Positions 17,953 through 29,746 of a DNA stretch of 36,632 nucleotides are shown here, in pieces. How positions within the stretch are numbered: position 1 is the first letter of the stretch; the number at the start of each line of letters is the position of its first letter. A program made the translations under genes and the position numbers. The notes beneath the pieces are model-generated. The model saw only the letters and a list, made by a program, of their open reading frames with translations, was not told where the DNA came from and did not search any database. The stretch spans positions 1 to 36,632 of the forward strand of contig JAUQVK010000015.1 of NCBI GenBank assembly GCA_039794845.1, written 5' to 3'. This DNA comes from Thermostichus sp. DRC_bins_24. Its GTDB lineage: Bacteria; Cyanobacteriota; Cyanobacteriia; Thermostichales; Thermostichaceae.

Positions 17953-19815
17953 TCAGAGAGCATCAGTGATGCGAAATTGAAACATTCCCTGCTGAGTTTC
18001 ATCTCCTTCAACGGTGTATTCATCCCGTTCCATATCCAGGGTGACCAACTTACCGCTAAGGCGATTGGCCCCCCGACACATTTCATCCAAGGCATTCCGA
18101 CCGGGCAAGGCTTCGGTCCCATTCTGCCCACCCCAACGCTCCGCGCCGTGCAAAGCCCGTTCACCCCGATCACAGAGGAGAACGGGATCCCGTTCGGCGG
18201 TGATTTTGAAAACTTGCGCTTGGTCGAAGTAGTCCGCCCGATCCCCTTCGATGGCGCGGTTCGCCTGCACGATCACCACGTTGCCAAAAAAGCGTGCATC
18301 GCCGCTGGCCTGGTCGATCTCCACCCGATCCGCATAAATCACGGTGGGCTGATCCACATCCGCCTGAGTCTCCGGGTTCTGTAAGCGCTGCGCCAGCCAA
18401 TCCCCCTCAATTTGCTCGATCAACACATCCCCGCTCAACTCCACCATTTCTGGGGTTATCGTCGCCTGGTTGGCCTTGGCTCTGCGCCCCCGTTGAATAA
18501 ACTCGACCGCTTCGCTGAATTCCGAAGTGCCGGTGCGGGAGTTGTAGACCAACCGGGCGGCTCGCACTTCCGTTTCCGACTGCCGCAGCTCATCCGTGAG
18601 GGAGGCCCCTTCAGGAAGGGGGGTGGAGGCCGCCATCTGCTGGTAGAGGACGTTTTCCTCGAAAAAGAAGATTTTGTCGCGGTGGTTGCCCTCTAGCCGC
18701 GCCGAGGTGAGCACCCGTCCGGGCTCCCGCAGAGTTACCCCCCCTGTCAAGATGCTCTGGGACTCGCGGCGACGGTAGGTGCCCCGGGCCGCTTCGATGA
18801 GGGTTTCCCCCTGCTGGATCTCGAGGTTGCCCTCCCCCTGGGCAATTTGCGTGTTGCGGTCGTAGGTGAGGCGGTCGGCGATGATCGTCACCTCTTGATC
18901 TTGATCGGAGTTGGGAGAAGCCTGGGCCAACGTCAGATCCGCCAGCAGCGGGGCCCGGTTGCCATCGCTGGCCAACTCCTGCAACACCACACCACCGGAC
19001 AAAATGCTCTGGGCCTGTTGCCGCAGGTAGGTGCCCTGGGGGGCGCGAATCTCGACGCCGCTCTCTCGAATGAGGAGGTTGCCTTCTCCCTGAGCCACTT
19101 GATTGGTGCGGTCGTAGGTGATCTGGTCGGCGGTAATGGTTGTGGAGCCGGGATCCGCAGCGGCACTGGCCAGCCATTGGGGGGCACTGGCAGGGTCGGC
19201 CATGGCAATTTGGGTGGCCGCGGGGCTATCCGGGGGCAGCACGACCAGCTTGCCCTGTTGGGCATTGAGGAGCGCAAATTGAAAGTTAAAGGAGCCAGAG
19301 CGACCATGCAGCACCATGTCCTGCCCTTTGAGGGTGAACTCCGTTGGCACTTCGATGCGCTCTTCGGGGGTCACTTTCAGGATGTTGGTCAAGAGTAGGC
19401 TGCCATCGTCACTCTGCACCCGGACGTCTTCCTCCAGATACAGCTCGTCGGCAAGGGCATTGTACCGGGCTTGGTTGGCCCGCCAGGTCATCTGTTCGCT
19501 GCTGTCAAAAAAGGGATCCGGTTCTCCCTGGCGCTGGGCGGCTGGTTCCCCGTAGAAGTAACCGTGCGCCCCCTGCTCAAACACCTGCTGTCCGGCTGCC
19601 GAGTCCACCTGTTCGGCGATCAACCGCCAACGCTGATAGCCCCCACGACGACCGAGAATATCCACCCTGCGGCTGACGGAGGCCGGCTGATCGGCGGGGG
19701 GGGCCTCCACCTCTACGGCCTCGATATCGATGAACAAAGCCCAGGCAACCAAAGCCGCCAGAATCCCGCTCCCCATGAGAGCCACGATCAGGTTGGAATG
19801 GAATAATCGCCGCAT
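17953..19815 (-). CDS. LptC/LptA (OstA) beta-jellyroll repeat protein with an N-terminal TM anchor
   Basis: N-terminal TM helix, LptC-like WRLIAEQV and WRANQARYN segments, and repeated OstA-like units (ITADQITYD...AQGEGN; IIADRLTYD...AQGEGN; IYADRVEID...FFGNVVIVQ...IEGDRADY). Confidence 0.7.
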   Translation of the reverse strand: MRRLFHSNLIVALMGSGILAALVAWALFIDIEAVEVEAPPADQPASVSRRVDILGRRGGYQRWRLIAEQVDSAAGQQVFEQGAHGYFYGEPAAQRQGEPDPFFDSSEQMTWRANQARYNALADELYLEEDVRVQSDDGSLLLTNILKVTPEERIEVPTEFTLKGQDMVLHGRSGSFNFQFALLNAQQGKLVVLPPDSPAATQIAMADPASAPQWLASAAADPGSTTITADQITYDRTNQVAQGEGNLLIRESGVEIRAPQGTYLRQQAQSILSGGVVLQELASDGNRAPLLADLTLAQASPNSDQDQEVTIIADRLTYDRNTQIAQGEGNLEIQQGETLIEAARGTYRRRESQSILTGGVTLREPGRVLTSARLEGNHRDKIFFFEENVLYQQMAASTPLPEGASLTDELRQSETEVRAARLVYNSRTGTSEFSEAVEFIQRGRRAKANQATITPEMVELSGDVLIEQIEGDWLAQRLQNPETQADVDQPTVIYADRVEIDQASGDARFFGNVVIVQANRAIEGDRADYFDQAQVFKITAERDPVLLCDRGERALHGAERWGGQNGTEALPGRNALDEMCRGANRLSGKLVTLDMERDEYTVEGDETQQGMFQFRITDAL

Positions 19816-19957
19816 CCTGCTCTCGTTGCCCTCTGAACCTCAACCTCTGACCTGTACCGAAGCCAAACCCCGGACACTAGGCTGTAGCTTATCTCAATTT
19901 CCGGGCGGTATCGGGGGGATCCCGCGCACACCCGGCGACTAGGGCTCGAAGGGATCC

Positions 19958-20896
19958 CTAGCCCAGGCGGCTGAGAATGAACCCCAACCCCAGGAACAGC
20001 CCCACCCAAAAATGCAGGGCAACGGCAATGAACTTGGACTGGCTGATCCGCTGCGGCTGGTCATGGTAGGTACCCAACAGGCGCGACAGCTGCACCGCGG
20101 ACGGGATCCCCACCCAGCTGAGCAAGGTCCAAACCGGGAAAGCCCCCAAACCGACGAACAGCAGTGTCAGGCCAAAAATGCTGCCGCAAATCCAGGGGAT
20201 GAGGCGGGCGGAGCGCAGGGTGCCCAACCGAGCCACCGGCGAGCGCTTGCCGGAAGCCAGATCGTCCTGCACCTGATGAAAATGGGAGCAAAACAAGATC
20301 AAACTGGTGACCATCCCCACCACTAGCGAAGCTGCCAGCCCCGTCAGGGACCAGGTTTGAATTTGGCTGTAGTGGGCGGCCAAAACCGCCAGCGGCCCAA
20401 AGCTGAAAAAACAAAGGATCTCCCCAATGCCCTGATAACCCAGACGTAAGGGTGGCCCTTGGTAGGCATAGCCGAGCCCACAGGCGATCAACACCAGCAC
20501 CAGCACCGTCGGATCCGACTGGCGCCAGCTCAACCAGAGGATCCCCAGCAGCCCTAGCGCCAAAAAGGCATTGCCCACCCAAAACACCTGCTCCGGCTTG
20601 CCCGTCAAATTCACCAGCGAGTGATGCTTGTTTTTGTCGATGCCGGTTTGCGCATCGAAAACATCGTTGCTGATGTTGGTCCAGGCCAGAATGCAGATGG
20701 CAGCTCCCAAAAACACCCCCAGGGCCCCTACATCCATCACCCCCGCCTGCGCATAGGCAATCGCGGATCCCACCCAGATGGGCATGATCGCCACACTGTA
20801 CATGGGGGGCTTAATGGCGGCCATCCACAGTTGCTTGCGAGAGCGGCCACTCCACGTCTCTTCTGCAGGCTGCACCTGGCTAGCATCTGGATTCAT
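19958..20896 (-). CDS. menA: 1,4-dihydroxy-2-naphthoate phytyltransferase
   Basis: WMAAIKPPMYSVA, NDVFDAQTGID, YQGPPLRLGYQG, HFHQVQDD. Divergent from menF. Confidence 0.93.
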   Translation of the reverse strand: MNPDASQVQPAEETWSGRSRKQLWMAAIKPPMYSVAIMPIWVGSAIAYAQAGVMDVGALGVFLGAAICILAWTNISNDVFDAQTGIDKNKHHSLVNLTGKPEQVFWVGNAFLALGLLGILWLSWRQSDPTVLVLVLIACGLGYAYQGPPLRLGYQGIGEILCFFSFGPLAVLAAHYSQIQTWSLTGLAASLVVGMVTSLILFCSHFHQVQDDLASGKRSPVARLGTLRSARLIPWICGSIFGLTLLFVGLGAFPVWTLLSWVGIPSAVQLSRLLGTYHDQPQRISQSKFIAVALHFWVGLFLGLGFILSRLG

Positions 20897-21156
20897 GCGA
20901 GTTCTCCTTGGCGGTTCTGGCTGTGTGAGCAAGTCTGCTCTGTAAGGTAGAGTGCTTCAAGTGGAATCCCTAAGGATGCTAAGAAATTTTGCGGATCGTG
21001 AAGAAGCCCGTGAAGATCCTGCCCCTGAGGGCCAGAGATGGCCAGACCCTCTCGTAATCTCATATCTTAAAGCCATCTTCCTTAGGCTCCCCTCCTGGTC
21101 TGCATCCACGGATTTCATGGTTTGGCCACGGCAGGTTTGTCCTCTCTTCCTCTCGC

Positions 21157-22872
21157 ATGACCTCCTCCCTTTCCCCCTGTTCGGAATGGCCCAGAGCTTG
21201 GCCGACGCTGCCGATTCACACCTCTGCCTGGATCGGGGAGGAGGGGGGACTTCGCCGCTGGGATCCCCTGCTGGAAGCCTGTCAGCAGATGGCGCGGGCG
21301 CGGGGTGTTCCGCAGATTCTCAGCGTGTCGCGGCCTTTCCCGGGGTTGGATCCTCTGGTGGTGTTGGCCCACACCCTCCATTCACTCCGTGTCAACGAAC
21401 CCGTGAGGCCGGAGGACCCCGGCTATTGTTATCTCTCCCATAGGGCACGCAGCGGGGCCGTGCGGGTGCTGGGGTTGGGATCCCTGCGGCGGGTCTATTT
21501 GTTGGGGGAAGGGCGATTTCAGGCGGCACGGGCTTTTTTGGAGGAACTTCAGCCCCACCTGCACGCTGAGGAAGCCAGCTGGGGCTGCCTATCCCAACCC
21601 ATCCGACAGGAGCGTCCTCTGTGCTTTAGTCGTTTCAGCTTTAACCCCGTGCGCACCTGTGGGCCAGCGGCGATGTTGGTGTTGCCCCAGTGGCAACTGC
21701 TGCAGGCCCAGGCGGGTGGGCCAGATTCTCGCCAGGACAAGTTGGGCCAAGACAAATTGGGTTGGCAGGGCCTGCTAGGCCGGCAGGGATCCCCAACGGT
21801 GGCGCGGCTCAACCTGGAAGTCTGCCCTGAGAGCGACCTGGCCAGTTTGGCAAGCCAGATTGCAGATTTTTTTGCCCAGATGGAGCGCTTCTCTCAGGAA
21901 ACCTTGCCCCCATGGGAATTGCAGGCCCCGCTGCAGGTGGATGTAGACGGCCAGGTGCTTCTGGCTCGCATACAAAAGGCCCTACAGGCGATACGCGCCG
22001 GATCCCTGGAAAAAGTGGTGCTGGCGGAAGCAGTGGATCTGCCTTTGCCCTCTCCTCCCCCGATTCCGTCTCTGTTGGCCTATCTGGAAAAACGCTACCC
22101 TGATTGCAGTGTCTTTGCTTTTGCCGAGGGAGTTGGCAGCCGAGAATCTTTGTCCTCAGGAGATGGGCAAGATGACCTTGTTCGTGCCTGTCCACCCGGG
22201 AGTAGCGGTAGCGCCTACAGCAACCTGTCGCAACGGGTCTTTTTGGGGGCCAGCCCTGAGCGATTGCTCTCGGTATGGCAAGGCCAAGTCCAAATCGATG
22301 CTTTGGCCGGTTCCGCAGCCCGAGGCGAGACGGACAGCCAAGATCAAGCCCTAGCCCAGCAGTTGCTCCACAGCACTAAAGACCGCCGAGAACATCAGTT
22401 GGTGGTGCGCTCGGTGCGCGAAGCCCTGGGCCAAGTGGGGTTGGATCCCTTCATTCCCCCTCGGCCTCGCCTGTTGCGTTTGGCCAATATCCAGCATCTG
22501 CAAACCTTGATCGAAGCAGACATGCCCTCTAATCTGCACCTTTTCGACTTATTGGAGCAGCTCCACCCGACGGCAGCGGTGGGAGGGTACCCCAAACAGG
22601 CAGCTGTACGTTGGCTGGAAACCGTAGAACCTTTTGATCGATCCGGCTATGCCGCACCGTTAGGCTGGGTGGATTTACAGGGCAATGGCGAGTTTGTGGT
22701 GGCGATCCGCTCCGCCCTGATTCGGGGGGATCGGGCCCGTCTGTACGCAGGAGCCGGGATTGTAGCGGATTCCCACCCCGAACAGGAGGTGGCAGAGATT
22801 CGCCTCAAGTTGCAGTCGTTGGCACAAGCCTTGGCGATGCGATCCATCCCCGCCGTGCCGACAGCCCCCTGA
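21157..22872 (+). CDS. menF: Isochorismate synthase
   Basis: KVVLA, FLGASPERL, ALAGS, KDRREH, LHPTAAVGG, YAAPLGW, VAIRS, AGAGIV. Confidence 0.9.
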   Translation: MTSSLSPCSEWPRAWPTLPIHTSAWIGEEGGLRRWDPLLEACQQMARARGVPQILSVSRPFPGLDPLVVLAHTLHSLRVNEPVRPEDPGYCYLSHRARSGAVRVLGLGSLRRVYLLGEGRFQAARAFLEELQPHLHAEEASWGCLSQPIRQERPLCFSRFSFNPVRTCGPAAMLVLPQWQLLQAQAGGPDSRQDKLGQDKLGWQGLLGRQGSPTVARLNLEVCPESDLASLASQIADFFAQMERFSQETLPPWELQAPLQVDVDGQVLLARIQKALQAIRAGSLEKVVLAEAVDLPLPSPPPIPSLLAYLEKRYPDCSVFAFAEGVGSRESLSSGDGQDDLVRACPPGSSGSAYSNLSQRVFLGASPERLLSVWQGQVQIDALAGSAARGETDSQDQALAQQLLHSTKDRREHQLVVRSVREALGQVGLDPFIPPRPRLLRLANIQHLQTLIEADMPSNLHLFDLLEQLHPTAAVGGYPKQAAVRWLETVEPFDRSGYAAPLGWVDLQGNGEFVVAIRSALIRGDRARLYAGAGIVADSHPEQEVAEIRLKLQSLAQALAMRSIPAVPTAP

Positions 22873-22996
22873 AATGTGGGATCCCTGCCGTTCTGGGAAG
22901 TTGGGATCCCTGTAAGTGCTTCGCAGCGCCGACACGAACAGCTAAAGTTAAGAAGCTAACCCCTCAACTTGCTTCGGCATTGGCGTTTCCTGCTGC

Positions 22997-24109
22997 ATGG
23001 TGACCTTAAACCCCACCCATCCCCCTTGCCTTGGTGGGCCATCGTCTCAAGTCCGACTTTGGCCCGGCCTGATCCAGCATTATCGGGAATGGCTCCCCGT
23101 CAGCGCCACCACGCCTGTCGTCACCCTGCATGAGGGCAATACGCCCCTGATCCCTTCCCCTGCGCTGAGCCAACGCCTGGGGCGAGAGTGCCAGGTGTAC
23201 CTCAAGCTCGATGGCCTCAACCCCACCGGCAGCTTCAAAGACCGGGGCATGACCATGGCGGTATCCAAGGCCAAAGAGGCGGGGGCAGAAGCGGTGATCT
23301 GTGCCAGTACCGGCAACACCTCAGCGGCGGCGGCGGCTTTTGCGGCCAAGGGGGGCCTGCGCGCTTATGTGCTGATCCCCGATGGCTATGTGGCCAAGGG
23401 CAAGCTGGCCCAAACCCTGATGTATGGGGCGGAGATCATTGCCATTCAAGGCAACTTTGACCGGGCACTGGAAATGGTGCGGCAGATCTCAGAAACCTAC
23501 CCCATTGCTCTGGTGAACTCCGTCAACCGCTTCCGGCTGGAAGGACAGAAAACGGCGGCGTTTGAGGTGGTGGATGCTCTGGGAGATGCCCCCGATTGGC
23601 TGTGTATTCCCGTTGGCAACGCCGGCAACATCACCGCCTACTGGATGGGTTTTAGCCAGTATTACCAACAGGGCAAAGCCACTCGTCGTCCTCGTTTGCA
23701 TGGCTTTGAGGCGGCAGGCGCGGCCCCCATGGTTTTGAATCGGGTGGTGGAACACCCAGAAACCGTCGCTACTGCCATTCGCATCGGCAACCCCGCCAGT
23801 TGGGTAAAGGCCAAAGCTTCAGTGCAGGTGAGCGGTGGTCAGGTGGATAGTGTCACCGATGAGGAGATCTTGGCGGCCTATCGTCTGCTGGCGGCAGAGG
23901 AGGGGATCTTTTGTGAGCCTGCCAGTGCAGCTTCGGTGGCGGGATTGTTGAAATGGCGGGAGCAGGTGCCGGCGGGGGCGCAGGTGGTGTGTGTGCTCAC
24001 GGGCAACGGCCTCAAGGATCCCGATACGGCCACCCAACAGGGACAAACCCAAATCCACACGGGGGTAGCGCCCGATCCCACCACAGTCGCTCGTCTGATG
24101 GGCTTTTAG
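22997..24109 (+). CDS. thrC: Threonine synthase
   Basis: [18 protein letters not shown] (PLP lysine), [23 protein letters not shown]. Confidence 0.95.
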   Translation: MVTLNPTHPPCLGGPSSQVRLWPGLIQHYREWLPVSATTPVVTLHEGNTPLIPSPALSQRLGRECQVYLKLDGLNPTGSFKDRGMTMAVSKAKEAGAEAVICASTGNTSAAAAAFAAKGGLRAYVLIPDGYVAKGKLAQTLMYGAEIIAIQGNFDRALEMVRQISETYPIALVNSVNRFRLEGQKTAAFEVVDALGDAPDWLCIPVGNAGNITAYWMGFSQYYQQGKATRRPRLHGFEAAGAAPMVLNRVVEHPETVATAIRIGNPASWVKAKASVQVSGGQVDSVTDEEILAAYRLLAAEEGIFCEPASAASVAGLLKWREQVPAGAQVVCVLTGNGLKDPDTATQQGQTQIHTGVAPDPTTVARLMGF

Positions 24110-24243
24110 GCTCTTGGGCCGTTTCTGGTCGTGGCTCTGAGAACGGGGGCGACGACCTGAGGGAGTTGAGCAGCCTGTGGCAGGGATCCCTGCCTGGGTT
24201 GGTATCAAAGTCAGGTTCCCCACCGAGCAAAGGAGCAACAGGG

Positions 24244-26034
24244 ATGCAACCGGTTGATCTGACCACCCTGCGTGCTGTGCTAGCGGATCTGACTCGGTCT
24301 GAGACAGGTCGGGATCCGACAGTGCCGGCTCGTCTGGAATGGCTCCAGCAGACGGATCTGTGGACGGTGATCCTGGGTTTACGCACGCTAAAGGCCCGCC
24401 GCTGCTTGTTGTTGTGCTGGCATCCTCAGGCGGCGCGGATCCACCTTTGTTCACCTCCCCCCAAAGGGCCGGATGGGTTTCAATTTAGCCAATCGCTGCA
24501 GCGGCAACTGAAGGGCTTGGCCCTGACGGAGCTGGCCCTGCTAAACGAGTGGGAACGGGTGATCGATTGTCGCTTTGCCCCCCGCCCCGGGGATCCCCCC
24601 CAACGCCATCTTTACCTTGAGGTGATGGGCAAATACAGCAACGCCGTTCTGGTGGATGAAGCCGGCGTAATTTTGGCCAGCGGCCATGGGGTAAGCGAGC
24701 GCCAATCGCGGGTGCGTTCGGTGCAGCCCGGCCTGCCCTACGAAGCTCCCCCTGCCCTCACAGATCCAATCCCGCAGCGATCCGAGTCGTTCTCCCATTG
24801 GCAAGAACGGGTGGCCCTGATCCCCGGCCCAATCAGCCAACAGTTGCTGCGCTGTTACCGCGGCCTCAGCCGACATCTGGCGGAAGCCCTGTGCCGGCAA
24901 GCCGGGATCCCCCCACAAACCCCTAGCGATCAACTGTCCACCCAGGATTGGCAAGCCCTGTTTATCTGGTGGCAAGACTGGTTAACCCGCCTGGAACAGG
25001 GGCAATTTGATCCGGCTCCAACGCCTCAGGGTTATACCGTGCTCGGCTGGGGGGGCCAAAGCTCGGCCACTCGGGATCCCTCTTCCCCCAAACTTGATCT
25101 GCACCGGCTCCTCGCAGACTACTACCAAGTCCAGCTCAACCGCGAACAGTTTGGACGTGAGCGCCACCGCCTGCTGCAAAAAGTGGCTTCCCTGCTCAAA
25201 AAACTCTACCAGCGGCGAGAACAATTTGAGGCCATGCTGGCGGGATCCGCCCAAGCGGAAACCTCCAAACGGGCCGCCGATCTGTTGATGGCGCACCTGC
25301 ACCGCTGGCAACCGGGACTACATTACATTGAGCTGCCGGATTTTGAAAGTGGCCAAACCGTCAAGATTCCGCTCGACCCTGAGAAAAACGCCATACTCAA
25401 CGCCCAAGCCTATTACCGCAAGCACCGCAAACAAAAACGGGCCCAAGAGGCGGTCTGGCCCCTACGAGAAGCGGTCAACCAAGAGATCCTCTACCTCGAA
25501 CAGGTAGAATCCGCCCTGCTGCAGCTGGAAGCCTACCGGGATCCCCAAGACCTCGGTACCCTCCGGGAAATTGAAACCGAGCTGATCCAGCAACACTATC
25601 TGGAAAGTCCTGAACCCTCCAAACATTCCCAGCCAGATACATTTAACCCCCATCGCTTTACCAGCCCCAGTGGCTTTTCCATTTGGGTGGGGCGCAACAA
25701 TCTGCAAAATGATCAGCTCACCTTTCGCCTTGCCCAAGAGCAAGATTGGTGGTTCCATGCCCAGGAGATCCCCGGTAGCCATGTGCTGTTGCGCCTGCCC
25801 CCTGGCGCAGTGGCCGAAAGCGAAGATTTGCAGGTGGCTGCCGATTTGGCGGCTCATTTTAGCCGGGGTCGCCTCAGCGATCAGGTGCCGGTGGTCTATA
25901 CCCGCCCAAAATGGGTGTACAAACCCAAGGGATCCCCGCCCGGTATGGTGATTTACAAACAAGAACAGGTGCTTTGGGGCCGCCCCGACCGCGCTCCATC
26001 CCTCCAAGAAACTCGTGATCCGTCAGGAGTTTGA
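24244..26034 (+). CDS. rqcH: NFACT/Rqc2 (RqcH) ribosome quality control protein
   Basis: MQPVDLTTL start, [43 protein letters not shown]. Confidence 0.9.
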   Translation: MQPVDLTTLRAVLADLTRSETGRDPTVPARLEWLQQTDLWTVILGLRTLKARRCLLLCWHPQAARIHLCSPPPKGPDGFQFSQSLQRQLKGLALTELALLNEWERVIDCRFAPRPGDPPQRHLYLEVMGKYSNAVLVDEAGVILASGHGVSERQSRVRSVQPGLPYEAPPALTDPIPQRSESFSHWQERVALIPGPISQQLLRCYRGLSRHLAEALCRQAGIPPQTPSDQLSTQDWQALFIWWQDWLTRLEQGQFDPAPTPQGYTVLGWGGQSSATRDPSSPKLDLHRLLADYYQVQLNREQFGRERHRLLQKVASLLKKLYQRREQFEAMLAGSAQAETSKRAADLLMAHLHRWQPGLHYIELPDFESGQTVKIPLDPEKNAILNAQAYYRKHRKQKRAQEAVWPLREAVNQEILYLEQVESALLQLEAYRDPQDLGTLREIETELIQQHYLESPEPSKHSQPDTFNPHRFTSPSGFSIWVGRNNLQNDQLTFRLAQEQDWWFHAQEIPGSHVLLRLPPGAVAESEDLQVAADLAAHFSRGRLSDQVPVVYTRPKWVYKPKGSPPGMVIYKQEQVLWGRPDRAPSLQETRDPSGV

Positions 26035-26068
26035 GGGTAAGGTCAGAATTGACATCCTGGGGGGTCAA

Positions 26069-27586
26069 ATGCCCATTCACGCCAGCGCGCCCTTGGCGCA
26101 ACGTCTTCATCACTTCATCGCCGGTCAACCCACAGTCGGTCAAAGTGGCCGCTTTGGGGATGTCTTTAATCCCGCCACAGGAGAGGTGATCGCCCAGGTG
26201 CCTTTTGCCTCTCAGGCAGAAACCCATAGCGCCATTCAGGCGGCAGCCGCGGCGTTCCCCGATTGGGCCGAGCTCCCTCCCCAACGGCGGGCACGGGTGC
26301 TGTTTCGCTTCAAAACCCTGCTGGAAGAGAACCTGGAGGCCTTGGCGGAGTGCATTACCCGAGAGCATGGCAAAACCCTCGCCGATGCCCGTGCTGCCAT
26401 CCAACGGGGCCTAGAAGTGGTGGAGTTCGCCTGTGGGATCCCGCATTTGTTGAAGGGGGAATTTTCGGAGCAGGTGGGCACGGGAGTCGATTGTTATTCC
26501 CTGCGGCAACCGCTGGGGGTGTGTGCCGGCATTACCCCCTTCAATTTTCCCGCCATGGTGCCGATGTGGATGTTTCCGGTGGCCCTGGCCTGCGGCAATA
26601 GCTTTGTGCTCAAACCCTCTGAAAAGGATCCCTCGGCGGCCTTGTTTCTGGCGGAGTTGCTACAACAGGCAGGCCTGCCGGATGGAGTCTTCAATGTGGT
26701 GAACGGGGATAAAGAAGCCGTCGATGCTCTGCTCACCCACCCCCTGGTGCAGGCCATCAGCTTTGTCGGCTCCACCCCCATTGCCCGCTACGTCTACAGC
26801 ACCGCTTCGGCCCACGGCAAACGGGTGCAGTCGCTGGGGGGTGCGAAAAACCACATGGTGATCCTGCCGGATGCCGACTTGGAGATGGCGGTCAAGGGCC
26901 TGATCAGCGCGGCCTACGGCTCTGCTGGCGAACGCTGCATGGCCATTTCGGTGGCGGTGGTGGTAGGCTCTGTGGCAGACTCCCTACTGGAGCGGCTCAT
27001 CCCAGCAATTCAAGCCCTTAAGATCGGCCCCGGCACGGATCCACAGGTGGAGATGGGGCCTTTGGTGACGGCGGCCCACCGAGAGCGGGTGCTGAAGTAT
27101 CTCGAGATGGGGGAACAGGAGGGGGCAAAACTGCGGGTGGATGGCCGTGGGGTACGGATCCCGGGCTACGAGCAAGGATTTTTTCTGGGGGGCTGCCTTT
27201 TCGATGAAGTCACCCCGGTGATGCGCATTTACCAAGAGGAAATCTTTGGGCCCGTCCTGTGTGTGGTGCGGGTACCGGATTTGGATAGCGCCATTCAACT
27301 GGTGAACCATCATCCCTTCGGCAACGGCGTGGCCCTCTTTACCCGCAGTGGGGAGGCGGCCCGTCGCTTCACCCATCAGATTCAGGTGGGAATGGTGGGG
27401 GTGAACGTGTCGATTCCGGTGCCGATGGCTTTTCACAGCTTCGGGGGCTGGAAGGATTCCCTGCTGGGATCCCTGCATGTGCATGGGCCTGAGGGGGTTC
27501 GCTTCTACACGCGGTTAAAAACCGTAACCAGTCGCTGGCCAACCGATATCTCCCCCACCAGCTTGGCCATGCCGCTGTTGTCCTGA
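26069..27586 (+). CDS. mmsA: CoA-acylating methylmalonate/malonate-semialdehyde dehydrogenase
   Basis: [63 protein letters not shown]. Confidence 0.92.
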   Translation: MPIHASAPLAQRLHHFIAGQPTVGQSGRFGDVFNPATGEVIAQVPFASQAETHSAIQAAAAAFPDWAELPPQRRARVLFRFKTLLEENLEALAECITREHGKTLADARAAIQRGLEVVEFACGIPHLLKGEFSEQVGTGVDCYSLRQPLGVCAGITPFNFPAMVPMWMFPVALACGNSFVLKPSEKDPSAALFLAELLQQAGLPDGVFNVVNGDKEAVDALLTHPLVQAISFVGSTPIARYVYSTASAHGKRVQSLGGAKNHMVILPDADLEMAVKGLISAAYGSAGERCMAISVAVVVGSVADSLLERLIPAIQALKIGPGTDPQVEMGPLVTAAHRERVLKYLEMGEQEGAKLRVDGRGVRIPGYEQGFFLGGCLFDEVTPVMRIYQEEIFGPVLCVVRVPDLDSAIQLVNHHPFGNGVALFTRSGEAARRFTHQIQVGMVGVNVSIPVPMAFHSFGGWKDSLLGSLHVHGPEGVRFYTRLKTVTSRWPTDISPTSLAMPLLS

Positions 27587-28189
<603 letters not shown>

Positions 28190-28302
28190 TAAAACGGACT
28201 CGCCTCTCGATACCGGCACTCTTTGCAAGAATTAATTTCAAGAATTAAAAGTGCTTCCGGGGGCACACTTCAGAGACAGGGCTCGGGCTCTGGCCCAAGG
28301 CC

Positions 28303-28506
28303 TCAGAAGCTGAGGCTTTCCCAGGAGACGTTGATGTTTTCCAGGAGTAACGACTTGTTGTAAATCTGCAGAATGATCAGCAAAAAGACGGTGAAAAGAC
28401 CCATGAAGATCGCCATCAGAGGCGTGGTGCCCCAACCGGGAGCAACTTTACCGTATTCGGAGTTGAGGGGGCGCAACAGATCACCCAGCTTGGTACGAAT
28501 GGCCAT
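28303..28506 (-). CDS. psbH: Photosystem II reaction center protein H
   Basis: [21 protein letters not shown]...ILQIYN. Confidence 0.97.
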   Translation of the reverse strand: MAIRTKLGDLLRPLNSEYGKVAPGWGTTPLMAIFMGLFTVFLLIILQIYNKSLLLENINVSWESLSF

Positions 28507-28660
28507 AGGTTTTCGCAGTTAAGTCAAGAAAAGGACAGGTTTACCAAAGGACAGACAAGAGGCCGAAGCAGTGGATCGCCGGTGCTCCACAGCGCCAAGA
28601 CGACCCCCTTTAGAATCAAGCTATCAGAATCCGGCCAACTGCTTTTGCCTTCGGCAATGA

Positions 28661-28686
28661 ATTGTAAACTTGTGTAATACTATAAT
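28661..28686. promoter_or_regulatory. HLR1-like direct repeat (RpaB-type site) next to a TATAAT -10 box between psbH and psbN
   Basis: The minus strand reads ATTACACA-AG-TTTACAAT (TTACA repeated with a 10-bp period). TATAAT lies at 28681-28686, upstream of psbN. Confidence 0.5.
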
Positions 28687-28714
28687 CGGATTCTCTCAGG
28701 ATCGAAACTTAGGT

Positions 28715-28846
28715 ATGGAACCCACTTTTTCCCTCATTGTGGCGATTGCGGCTGTTACCATCTGCATTACCGCATTTGCCATCTACACTGCCTTCGGCCC
28801 TCCTTCCAAGGAGTTGCAGGATCCCTACGAGATGCACGAGGATTAA
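28715..28846 (+). CDS. psbN: Photosystem II assembly protein PsbN
   Basis: Not in the ORF track (43 aa). MEPTFSLIVAIAAVTICITAFAIYTAFGPPSKELQDPYEMHED, divergent from psbH as usual. Confidence 0.95.
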   Translation: MEPTFSLIVAIAAVTICITAFAIYTAFGPPSKELQDPYEMHED

Positions 28847-28873
28847 AGCCTGTCGTTTTGGGATCCCGTCAGG

Positions 28874-29743
28874 ATGTCCGCCCTGTTGCCGTCGCCACTC
28901 TCGTTTCACAAGTATCAGGGTCTGGGGAACGATTTTATTTTGGTGGACAACCGCCACCAGCCCCAGCCTTGCCTTACCCCTGAGCAGGCCATTGCCCTCT
29001 GTGATCGCCGCTTTGGCATTGGGGCTGATGGGGTAATCTTTTTGCTGCCGGGGCAGGCGGGGGCTGACTTTAGCATGCGCCTTTTCAACAGCGACGGCTC
29101 TGAGCCGGAAATGTGCGGTAATGGGATCCGCTGCTTGGCCCAGTTCTTGAACCACCTAGGGGTAGCGGGAAAGGAGGGATCCTACCAAATCCATACGCTG
29201 GCGGGGCGGATCGTGCCCCGGTTGCGCCCGGATGGGTTGGTCACCGTCGATATGGGGATCCCACGCCTGCTGGCGAGGCAAATTCCCACCACGTTGGCCG
29301 AACCGGAGCAAAAGGTAATTCAGAAAACCCTCGCTGTCGCCGGGCGCGATTGGATGGTAACGGCAGTGAGTATGGGTAACCCCCATTGCGTTACCTTCTT
29401 GGCGGGGGGTGAACGTTTAGAGGCGTTGGATCTGCCGGGTTTGGGCCCTTTGTTCGAGCATCATCCGGCGTTTCCAGAGCGCACCAACACGGAGTTTGTG
29501 CAGGTGCTCGGCCCAACTCGTCTACGCATGCGGGTTTGGGAACGGGGAGCAGGCGCGACGCTCGCCTGCGGAACGGGAGCCTGCGCGGTATTGGTGGCGG
29601 CGGTTTTGGAAGGGCGGGCCGAACCTGAAGCGACGGTGGAACTGCCGGGAGGGAACCTGGAAATTTGCTGGGATCCCGAAACCCAGCACGTGTTTATGAC
29701 CGGGCCTGCCCTGCACGTGTTTAGCGGCACCATCGGGAGTTGA
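28874..29743 (+). CDS. dapF: Diaminopimelate epimerase
   Basis: [41 protein letters not shown]. Confidence 0.96.
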   Translation: MSALLPSPLSFHKYQGLGNDFILVDNRHQPQPCLTPEQAIALCDRRFGIGADGVIFLLPGQAGADFSMRLFNSDGSEPEMCGNGIRCLAQFLNHLGVAGKEGSYQIHTLAGRIVPRLRPDGLVTVDMGIPRLLARQIPTTLAEPEQKVIQKTLAVAGRDWMVTAVSMGNPHCVTFLAGGERLEALDLPGLGPLFEHHPAFPERTNTEFVQVLGPTRLRMRVWERGAGATLACGTGACAVLVAAVLEGRAEPEATVELPGGNLEICWDPETQHVFMTGPALHVFSGTIGS

Positions 29744-29746
29744 GGG

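Noticed and set aside
21732..21761. QDKLG-QDKLG duplication within menF
   Set aside because: In-frame 15-bp degenerate duplication in a variable loop, unlikely to matter.
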